Source: a virus. Taken from it: 44,044 nucleotides of DNA. Position 1 is the stretch's first letter. Every line of letters begins with the position of its first letter. The DNA is taken from IMG/VR virus record IMGVR_UViG_3300029084_000003, one strand, 5' to 3'. This document shows positions 17,544 through 23,602 of this stretch, one piece after another. The position numbers and the translations under genes are program-made. The notes under the pieces are model-generated. The model saw only the letters and a program-made list of their open reading frames with translations. It was not told where the DNA came from and did no database searches.

Positions 17544-17687
17544 GTTGCACAAAAATAGCACCTCACCGTTTGGCGGAGTGCTTTAGTAAATAAAAAGATG
17601 CCAAAGCGTCAATGCCAAATAATATCAACTTTCCCACCCGAAATCTGTGGGCATTGATCCCCGGCCGAGTCTAAAAACTCGGGTAGT

Positions 17688-18335
17688 TCAATTACCAGAG
17701 GACCATTCTTTAAATCTTCCGTTGATTCCGTCTATCCTCGCCCCCATCTTATGTGTATTAACTGATTTTCCCGAATCGATTCCTGCCACATAATCTTGCA
17801 ATTTGCTTTGAGCTATAACTATGTCACTATATGTGCTAATCTCGATTTTGTTGGTAATCGATATCAACTCCTTAGTGACGGCATCTGGATTCACACCTGG
17901 AGGAGTCATAGTAAAGAACTTTGGCTCATTTTCCTCAGGCAAGTACTCACGTTGAATATAACCTGCGTCAGTTTGTCCAAATGCCAAAGCCATGATTTTG
18001 TTACCATTCACTCCGCAAATAACAACAATTTGATTTACACAATTTCCATCTATGTCTTTTGCTCCCTTTAACGTTTCCTTAACAAACTGTTGGATCACAT
18101 TTACGTAAAGTTGCCAGTTTAACTGAGCTCCGTTGCTTTGAACATGTAATCGCTTTATGAAGTCCTTTATTATGTCAGCAACTTGAGCGTTTCCTGTAGT
18201 TGCGATCAAAATGTTTGATTCGGCTAACATAAATTTTTTATAGTTTTCCCCAACCGTTTTTGTTCCTTGAGACATTCTTCCATCTGCCACAATTGAGCAA
18301 AAGTCTTTAGTCAAAAATCCAGAAATAAAGCTCAT
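17688..18335 (-). CDS. Proteasome beta-subunit / HslV-like Ntn hydrolase (Ser1 nucleophile predicted)
   Basis: After Met removal, SFISGFLTKDFCSIVADGRMSQGTKTVGENYKKFMLAESNILIATTGNAQVAD aligns without gaps to the proteasome beta / HslV N-terminus. Residue 1 is Ser/Thr, and Asp17, Arg19, Lys33 and Gly47 are all in register. A later ICG...G segment also matches. The GSG loop is not conserved. Confidence 0.6.
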   Translation of the reverse strand: MSFISGFLTKDFCSIVADGRMSQGTKTVGENYKKFMLAESNILIATTGNAQVADIIKDFIKRLHVQSNGAQLNWQLYVNVIQQFVKETLKGAKDIDGNCVNQIVVICGVNGNKIMALAFGQTDAGYIQREYLPEENEPKFFTMTPPGVNPDAVTKELISITNKIEISTYSDIVIAQSKLQDYVAGIDSGKSVNTHKMGARIDGINGRFKEWSSGN

Positions 18336-18340
18336 TCCTA

Positions 18341-18396
18341 ATCACCTCAAAAAAATAGTACTCCAGCGTGAACTGGAATACTACATTGAGGTGATA
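18341..18396 (-). terminator. Intrinsic terminator nested in an outer stem that pairs with the downstream SD
   Basis: Minus strand: ATCACCTCAA-TGTA-GTATTCCAG-TTCACG-CTGGAGTAC-TA-TTTTTTT-GAGGTGAT-TAGGA-ATG. Inner hairpin plus T7 forms the terminator. The outer arms 18387..18396 and 18341..18350 are complementary and cover the RBS GAGGTGAT of the 17688..18335 gene. Confidence 0.6.
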
Positions 18397-18627
18397 TCTA
18401 ATGTTTTTGGAGTGACAGGCTCCAAAGCGAGCGGACGGAGTTGCACCTTCCTGTTTCAGCATTGAGTAACCGGTATCAATGCCTTCCCTTGTCTGCTGAT
18501 CGCATAATTGATGGCCGAGACCTAAAATAGCGCCATCATGAGCACGTCTGCTGCTTTCCCCATATCCCGTATCCATATGGAGCATTTCTGCAGCGGAGGT
18601 TTTCGCCGCAGTTGAGTCAACTTTGTA

Positions 18628-18704
18628 TGCAACCGGCGGGATTTGAACCCGCGACACCGACGCACGCGCGAACTATAGTCGGTGAGCCGATCTCAATCGG
18701 TTGC
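18628..18704 (-). ncRNA. tRNA-like module 1 (7-bp acceptor, T arm, 16-nt anticodon-position loop)
   Basis: GCAACCG AT TGAG-ATCGG-CTCA CCGAC-[TATAGTTCGCGCGTGC]-GTCGG TGTC GCGGG-TTCAAAT-CCCGC CGGTTGC A. The loop carries the palindrome CGCGCG. Confidence 0.45.
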
Positions 18705-18847
18705 TCCTGTTTCTGCTATCCGAGGCGATGGTTTCTGAGCCCTCGGTTACGGTGGTTCCCACATTGTCTTGAAGTGCAAGGCATGTGACCACGCTTTATA
18801 CTCGCCCACTAGTCCGCGCTAGCAAGCACGCTGGGCTTTACCGGTAA

Positions 18848-18945
18848 TATCGCTGGTCGGGATTTGCACCCGACATGAGCCATTGCCAGCCCCTCTTAAG
18901 CATGCGCATGTACTGGTTGGCGTCTACCTATTCCGCCACAGCGAC
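18848..18945 (-). ncRNA. tRNA-like module 2 (class II-like, oversized anticodon region)
   Basis: GTCGCTG TG GCGG-AATAGGTAGA-CGCC ... CCAG-[23 nt including the palindrome CATGCGCATG]-CTGG ... TCGGG-TGCAAAT-CCCGA ... CAGCGAT A. The D arm resembles tRNA-Leu, but there is no 7-nt anticodon loop. Confidence 0.45.
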
Positions 18946-19255
18946 ACGACACGAATCCTAGATACCGCGCTAGGCCGCTAACGCACAGACAAGTCTCTGG
19001 TGGGACATAATAGCCGTGTCTTGCTACCGTTTTGTATTGCTCGCTCTCCCAGTGTCAGATGGGGTCATCGCAATCTGTGTCCGGTCGCTAAACTGGACAA
19101 AGAACTGTGCCACGACCTGCCGTGGCTGGTCCCGCTCAACCGGGCAGCTCAGCCTCTAAGGAGGCATATAAGTTCACCCTGCTACTCATCGTCATGGTAG
19201 GCGTATTGGTATGTAGTGACGGTAGCTACTCCGTCACAGACCTTCACGGGTGATA

Positions 19256-19320
19256 TGTGGCATGCGGGAATCGAACCCGCCTGACTATCTCAGCCAGTCC
19301 TCATTGCCACGCCTTGCCAC
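19256..19320 (-). ncRNA. tRNA-like module 3 (acceptor + T arm + one hairpin; not a canonical tRNA)
   Basis: Minus strand: GTGGCAA..CTGGCTGAGATAGTCAG GCGGG-TTCGATT-CCCGC ATGCCAC A. The T loop is canonical. There is no D arm, and the anticodon-like loop is non-canonical. Confidence 0.45.
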
Positions 19321-19422
19321 AGCTTTATCATCACTGAGGCTCGGAGGAAAAATGCGGTGTCTCAGGTTTCTCACCTTTGGCACAATACCATCATAAGGCG
19401 GAAAAGCGTGTTTTTTGTTGCA

Positions 19423-19866
19423 TCATTGTTGCACGGATGTTGCAACTAGTTTCACTAGCGGACATATTTCAGCAAAAGCATAGAGAGCTTCTTGTGTTTG
19501 TCGCCAAAGGGTCGTTCGGTCAACATGCAAGTGGTCGGCTAACTGAAGGCTGGATTTACGTGTCGTCTTTGGAGTCAGATAGCTCTCAACTAAAATGATC
19601 CGGTAGTTTTCATTCTCTAGAGATTCAATGGCACCTTCACAGCACGCTATATAGTACAGCTCGTCAGCGTGTGATACGAGTTTGTCCTCGGCTTTATTTC
19701 CATAGCTGGGTGACTTGGGCATGCCGTCCATCACGGGGCTTCTGAGCGCTATTTTGGTGCGTTGAGCGAGCCGCTTGTGATGCCAGTAGTTCCCCAAGAC
19801 CTCTTTGGCGTTTTCAATTGTTTTGTCATGATCAATTGGGCTAAAATATCTCGTTGCTCGCACCAC
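19423..19866 (-). CDS. ArpU-family late transcriptional regulator
   Basis: About 147 aa. Reads NAKEVLGNYWHHKRLA... with a C-terminal sigma-region-4-like SSLQLADHLHVDRTTLWRQTQEALYAFAE. Probable start is the GTG at 19866, 8 nt after AAGGAG. Confidence 0.7.
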   Translation of the reverse strand: MVRATRYFSPIDHDKTIENAKEVLGNYWHHKRLAQRTKIALRSPVMDGMPKSPSYGNKAEDKLVSHADELYYIACCEGAIESLENENYRIILVESYLTPKTTRKSSLQLADHLHVDRTTLWRQTQEALYAFAEICPLVKLVATSVQQ

Positions 19867-20030
19867 TGCGTCCACTCCTTATGGTATAATTAAATTTGTA
19901 AAAGTTTGGGGAAACGGCGTGCCGTAATGGTGCGCTTTTGTTTTTTGTGATATACTTACTGTTCAAATAATTCGATTTGATAGACTGAGTCGTCCTGTTA
20001 ATCCGGGGCGACTTTTGCTATACTACCTTT

Positions 20031-20121
20031 GGAGATGCTTTCTTATGCGTGTTAACCTTATAAGTTGGGGAACAATCTGATTCAAGCATCTCCCGCGCGT
20101 TGCTTATATGACGCGCTTTTT
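20031..20121 (+). ncRNA. Putative small RNA (array unit 2)
   Basis: The long hairpin GGAGATGCTT (20031..20040) / AAGCATCTCC (20084..20093) starts 7 nt after the -10. Followed by terminator GCGCGT/ACGCGC plus T5. Confidence 0.35.
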
Positions 20122-20135
20122 GGTATACTGTATAC

Positions 20136-20219
20136 GGAGGCCAAATCCTAATCTTTTATTTAATTCACTCTCAATCGTACGTCTGGCCTCCGGCGCGTCC
20201 TTCACCAGACGCGCTTTTT
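20136..20219 (+). ncRNA. Putative small RNA (array unit 3)
   Basis: The long hairpin GGAGGCCA (20136..20143) / TGGCCTCC (20184..20191) starts 7 nt after the -10. Followed by terminator GCGCGTC/GACGCGC plus T5. Same architecture as unit 2. Confidence 0.35.
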
Positions 20220-20227
20220 GTTTACAA

Positions 20228-20308
20228 TCATTTTCCTCTTTTCCAGTTAGCCCACATCCATATTGCAACACCCGCGATGAGCAATATAACGGCAATCATC
20301 TGTTTCAT
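20228..20308 (-). CDS. 26-aa hydrophobic peptide
   Basis: MKQMIAVILLIAGVAIWMWANWKRGK. ATGA overlap with the upstream 60-aa gene. Below the track threshold. Confidence 0.35.
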   Translation of the reverse strand: MKQMIAVILLIAGVAIWMWANWKRGK

Positions 20309-20487
20309 TTCTGCTTCTCTCTGATTGCATCCGAAATGTCCCAAAGTGCAAACAAGACTGCTATCAGTGTCAAACCAGTAAATGTTTTGTAAACTCCAAA
20401 ATTCATATATTTTGCAGGTAAAAATGAAGACGCCAGAGCTAACATGAAACCAATCCATGACATGAAACGGTAAGGCCTTATTTTCAT
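20305..20487 (-). CDS. Small membrane protein
   Basis: 60 aa, two TM helices. ATGA overlap with the YopX-like gene. Confidence 0.5.
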   Translation of the reverse strand: MKIRPYRFMSWIGFMLALASSFLPAKYMNFGVYKTFTGLTLIAVLFALWDISDAIREKQK

Positions 20488-20927
20488 CGCTTTCTCTCCA
20501 GTAGCTGTTTGTCTTCAAAGATGTTCCCGATGACCTCACACGTCTCAACGCCACTTTGGAAAATGGTTGCAAGTGCATTTGCGTCATAACTCCATGATGC
20601 CGGTATGCCTGCCAAATCAAATGCTGGGTATCCCTCATCGCCAAACCATTTTACAGTTGCTACATATGATTCACCGTCTTCTCCTGTGACTTTCAGAATA
20701 TCTGACTCGTAGATCTCTCGTCCGTTCTTGTCGTGCAGGCCGGTAAATTGTTCGATAATGTATTGCTCATTATCCAAGAATCCGGCAAAGCACTCTTCGT
20801 CATAAACAACATCCTCACCATCGTCATACTTAACACAGCCACTCAGCATGTCGTATGCTCTTTGTATGTCATACAAGTAACACTCATTTTCCTTATCCCA
20901 CGCTCTGAACTTAATCTCTCGTTTCAT
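20484..20927 (-). CDS. YopX-family protein
   Basis: MKREIKFRAWDKENECYLYD...EQFTGLHDKNGREIYESDIL...CEVIGNIFE is the characteristic YopX pattern. Start trimmed to the ATG after GGAGGCGGAG. Confidence 0.8.
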   Translation of the reverse strand: MKREIKFRAWDKENECYLYDIQRAYDMLSGCVKYDDGEDVVYDEECFAGFLDNEQYIIEQFTGLHDKNGREIYESDILKVTGEDGESYVATVKWFGDEGYPAFDLAGIPASWSYDANALATIFQSGVETCEVIGNIFEDKQLLERKR

Positions 20928-20962
20928 TTCTCCGCCTCCAATTTCACGATTTCGCCTGTTTC

Positions 20963-21298
20963 CTAAACGCGCCAGACACCTAGCACCCATGCACGGGCGA
21001 AGACTGAATCATTGCCATAATCGAAGCCCTTTCCCCAAAGCCATTCCGAGATACAACCAGCATTCTCAATCCCAGATGTCAGAGACATGTGCCCCCTGTT
21101 AGTCTTGATATATTTGCCCACCGCTTTCGGAATCACTGGCAGATCATCTGGCAAGGATGTGCCATATTCCTCCAGATAATTTGGCTCATCGCCACAGTAG
21201 TATGGGCTTCCGGTTTCGCTGGTATATGCGTCAGAAACCTCGGCGTAGCATTCTGCTAATTTCTCCAACACGTCCCGCTTCGTCTCATTGCCCGTCAT
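20963..21298 (-). CDS. Hypothetical protein, DUF1642-like (paralogue 2)
   Basis: 111 aa. Shares NETKRDVLE...LPDDLPVIPKAV...FARAW..G.W.V with the upstream gene. Confidence 0.45.
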   Translation of the reverse strand: MTGNETKRDVLEKLAECYAEVSDAYTSETGSPYYCGDEPNYLEEYGTSLPDDLPVIPKAVGKYIKTNRGHMSLTSGIENAGCISEWLWGKGFDYGNDSVFARAWVLGVWRV

Positions 21299-21629
21299 AT
21301 CCTGTCACCTCTCCAGTTTCCTCAACGATCCACAGCCCACGGCTCCATGCCTCTGCAAAAACACTTTCACTATTTTCAATATAATCAACTACTGAAAAGT
21401 CATCGCTGGTAGAGTCTACTGATTCAAGTTCATCACGTAAAGACAAGGAACCATAACTGCCTTTTATTTCCTCTGATACCGCTAACGGTATTGTGGGTAA
21501 ATCATCTGGCAACGCGGCGTCATAGCGTTGTATTGCCTCACTCAAGCATTCAGCCGTCAATGGGTCTTTAAGTGCCTTTATCATGTCAAGATAATACTCG
21601 AGCACGTCCCGCTTCGTCTCATTGCTCAT
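21285..21629 (-). CDS. Hypothetical protein, DUF1642-like (paralogue 1)
   Basis: 114 aa. Reads MSNETKRDVLE...LPDDLPTIPLAV...FAEAWSRGLWIVEE. Confidence 0.45.
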   Translation of the reverse strand: MSNETKRDVLEYYLDMIKALKDPLTAECLSEAIQRYDAALPDDLPTIPLAVSEEIKGSYGSLSLRDELESVDSTSDDFSVVDYIENSESVFAEAWSRGLWIVEETGEVTGYDGQ

Positions 21630-22125
21630 CGTCAGTCACCTCTTCTTTTTCGCAGTCCTGTAAGCCGTAATTCTCGATCTCTGATTCGGTGAACTTTCCA
21701 CGAAGTTCTTTATCCGCTGGGCAAATCGTCAACAAATCTGTATCGCCAGACTTGTAATACCAAGCCTCTTTGGTATGTGGCACCTTGACGTTGTATTTCT
21801 TCTCCTTTGCCACGGTGTAGCCGTTGACGTAAGCGTTCATCAGCAGCTCTTCGTCATCATCGCCATAGAAAGCAATGCTGCTTGCTGGGTACTTGCCGCT
21901 ATGTGCACGTTCAACGATTTCTGCTTGTTCTTTGGTTAGGACTACCTTTTCAGGCTCCTCAACGAACGTGACAATGTGACCGCCATACTTTTCCGCCCAT
22001 GCAAGCGCAATATCAATATTTCTTACAGCGGTTCCTACCGGACTGTTCCACCAAGGTGCCGTACGCTCAACGGTCAAGTATTCCCCATGATCGTTCTTAA
22101 TAAGGTATATTTTCTCTTCGCTCAT
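21619..22125 (-). CDS. Hypothetical early protein
   Basis: 168 aa. LLMNAYVNGYTVAKEKKYNVKVP resembles the C-terminal motif of DUF1642-type phage proteins. Confidence 0.35.
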   Translation of the reverse strand: MSEEKIYLIKNDHGEYLTVERTAPWWNSPVGTAVRNIDIALAWAEKYGGHIVTFVEEPEKVVLTKEQAEIVERAHSGKYPASSIAFYGDDDEELLMNAYVNGYTVAKEKKYNVKVPHTKEAWYYKSGDTDLLTICPADKELRGKFTESEIENYGLQDCEKEEVTDDEQ

Positions 22126-22307
22126 TTTTCGTCCTCTACTTTCTTGATAATCAGTGGTTCCGGAATATCGACCTTAATGTTGTCGCCACGGCTGTTGTGC
22201 GACTCCGTGTGCTTGGCCATGTTCTCGTTTATCCAGCGGATACACTGAGATTGATACTTGGCTCGGTAATACTCGGTTCCTGTGTTTAAACCTGCTACTG
22301 CGTACAT
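22122..22307 (-). CDS. Hypothetical protein
   Basis: 61 aa. Overlapping stop/start with its neighbours. Confidence 0.4.
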   Translation of the reverse strand: MYAVAGLNTGTEYYRAKYQSQCIRWINENMAKHTESHNSRGDNIKVDIPEPLIIKKVEDEK

Positions 22308-22321
22308 TTGTGTGCCTCATT

Positions 22322-22807
22322 TCACTCTTTATCACGATGATACTTTTCCAAAATTGGCTTGAAATATTTTTCTTCAGCATCGCGCCGTGCTTTAATGGCG
22401 TCCTCTTTCTTTGCGAATCCAGAGTCCAAAACAAGGACGCCCTTAAAATATAGACGCGCTATCCACAATTGCCTTGGCCCTTTCCAATAAACACCTTTTA
22501 CACTGCTTTTATTTGCTGATGATATTTTGTCGTTCAACGCTGATAATTTTGTATGTTCCTTTAAATCGTGGGTTCGACTCCACTTATGAGCTTTTTCCAG
22601 GTTCTCACGGGAAATACTGGCTTGGAGACAACCACAAGATTTGGTATATCCTGATTTTAGAGAGCCCGCTCGAACGAACACGGTATTTCCACAGTCACAT
22701 TTACACTCCCAAACACGATGTCCGTGATCCACATACCCAGCATCTTTGATTGCGACCAATCGGCCAAATCTCTGCCCAGTTAGATCAATTCTTGCCAACT
22801 CAATCAC
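22322..22807 (-). CDS. AP2-domain DNA-binding protein with an N-terminal Cys cluster
   Basis: CKCDCGN...SCGC followed by VKGVYWKGPRQLWIARLYFKGVLVLDSGFAKKEDAIKARRDAEEKY (AP2/integrase-type DNA-binding fold pattern). Confidence 0.55.
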   Translation of the reverse strand: MIELARIDLTGQRFGRLVAIKDAGYVDHGHRVWECKCDCGNTVFVRAGSLKSGYTKSCGCLQASISRENLEKAHKWSRTHDLKEHTKLSALNDKISSANKSSVKGVYWKGPRQLWIARLYFKGVLVLDSGFAKKEDAIKARRDAEEKYFKPILEKYHRDKE

Positions 22808-22813
22808 ACCTCC

Positions 22814-23215
22814 TTAATCGATCTCTTCTGCTTCAATCTCAACACGTGGTTGATCGCTGTACCATTTGCCAACATGGATTTCGACTATTTGGTTGTCGTC
22901 TTCCCATAAAATACCGGTAAGCGCATCTGATACAGACTTGTAGTAGTTGTCTACATCCGGCTTAACTGTTGGCCTAACTTTGCCTTCTTTTTTCTGCCTT
23001 ATTAAGGCTTTGCTGCCAGACTTTTGGAGCGGACGGTATATTTCCATTGCAACCCTTATTGGGCCGCTTAGAGGCTCAATATTTAGTTCTAAAGCCACGT
23101 TCTTAACGTGCTGCTTATAGTTTCTTGATTTATTCGGGTCGTAAGCATGACCCATTCGCGTGAACCTCGGCCGGCCTTGTGGCACTGGGTTGCCAGGTAT
23201 CGTTAGCCTTATCAC
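22814..23215 (-). CDS. RusA-family Holliday junction resolvase
   Basis: IPGNPVPQGRPRF...KPDVDNYYKSVSDALTGILWEDDNQIV matches the RusA signature. Confidence 0.85.
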   Translation of the reverse strand: MIRLTIPGNPVPQGRPRFTRMGHAYDPNKSRNYKQHVKNVALELNIEPLSGPIRVAMEIYRPLQKSGSKALIRQKKEGKVRPTVKPDVDNYYKSVSDALTGILWEDDNQIVEIHVGKWYSDQPRVEIEAEEID

Positions 23216-23256
23216 GCTGGCTTCACGTCCTTGTGCTCAATCATGCTTTTGCCTCC

Positions 23257-23601
23257 TCAAAATTTTTGTTCTGGTAAACTCACGTTTAGCTTTTGCAAGT
23301 ATCCTCGCCAAATGTCGTATGTGTTTTGACAATAAGCTCGCGTTACTGGATCAGTTTCTTTTGTCGGTAAATATGCACTAGTTTCCCCATAATATTCTGA
23401 CTCAGCCGTCTCTAACGCATTGACTAATGTCACGTATGCCCATTGGCACCAAAACTTCTTCATACCAGTATCGGCTTGTTGCGCCTTTTTTAGATATTCC
23501 GCGGCTTCATCAAGCTGCAGAATAACGAACAGCGAGTATTGATAATGTCCCTCCTGCATGTACTCATTGAACTCTTTAAGTGTCATAGTTGGATAAGCCA
23601 T
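23257..23601 (-). CDS. Hypothetical protein
   Basis: 114 aa from MAYPTMTLKEFNEY. The start lies 1 nt after the helicase stop (TGAAATG). Confidence 0.45.
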   Translation of the reverse strand: MAYPTMTLKEFNEYMQEGHYQYSLFVILQLDEAAEYLKKAQQADTGMKKFWCQWAYVTLVNALETAESEYYGETSAYLPTKETDPVTRAYCQNTYDIWRGYLQKLNVSLPEQKF

Positions 23602-23602
23602 T

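Larger units (their letters stand above)
18349..19422 (-). ncRNA. Candidate large structured non-coding RNA (about 1.07 kb) with three tRNA-like modules
   Basis: No credible ORF in six frames. Visibly more GC-rich than the flanks. Many perfect hairpins (19216..19237, 18459..18482, 18558..18582 and others). T-arm/acceptor modules all lie on the minus strand. Bounded by the arpU stop and the terminator at 18349..18381. Confidence 0.55.
19882..20228 (+). promoter_or_regulatory. Tandem array of four to five plus-strand units (extended -10, structured segment, hairpin plus U-tract)
   Basis: TGGTATAAT 19882..19890, TGATATACT 19948..19956, TGCTATACT 20016..20024, TGGTATACT 20121..20129, TG-TTTACAAT 20219..20228. 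Each directly follows a GC hairpin plus T-run (19917..19947, 19988..20016, 20095..20121, 20193..20219). Confidence 0.5.

Noticed and set aside
17126-17550. Minus-strand ORFs 17126..17347 and 17341..17550
   Set aside because: The first is the antisense shadow of the CsbD-like gene (low-complexity Ser/Leu). The second spans two terminators and a promoter. Neither has an RBS.
18307-18657. 116-aa minus-strand ORF (MSRVQIPPVAYKVDST...) from the track
   Set aside because: It starts inside a tRNA-like T arm and has no RBS. It runs straight through the intrinsic terminator and the RBS of the next gene, and overlaps that gene out of frame. It is most likely a chance ORF in GC-rich structured RNA.
19000-19200. 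66-aa plus-strand ORF inside the ORF-free region
   Set aside because: No RBS, Arg/Cys/Pro-rich low-complexity composition, and the opposite strand to all the structural elements. Considered spurious.
18628-19320. Three bona fide tRNA genes (an ordinary phage tRNA island)
   Set aside because: Acceptor and T arms are good. However, the anticodon-position loops are 16 and 23 nt, one module lacks the D arm, no 7-nt anticodon loop with U33 can be drawn, and the spacing is 140-310 nt. They are reported as tRNA-like modules and still need a tRNAscan check.
20031-20093. Possible resemblance of the unit-2 hairpin (…CAATCTGATTCAAGCATC…) to a host type II-A CRISPR repeat, suggesting an RNA anti-CRISPR decoy
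   Set aside because: It rests on my recollection of the repeat sequence only. The match is partial and includes an indel, so it cannot be evaluated without the host array. Not claimed.
19882-20228. CRISPR array, type III toxin-antitoxin RNA repeats or another simple tandem repeat
   Set aside because: The units share an architecture (extended -10, hairpin, T-run) but have no constant repeat sequence or regular period. No toxin-like or cas gene is adjacent.
20104-20644. Track ORFs 20104..20295 (-), 20108..20392 (+) and 20228..20644 (-)
   Set aside because: They cross the hairpin/terminator array or overlap the better-supported YopX-like and small membrane genes out of frame, and they lack RBSs. 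Only the last 26 codons of 20228..20644 were kept, as a possible micro-ORF.
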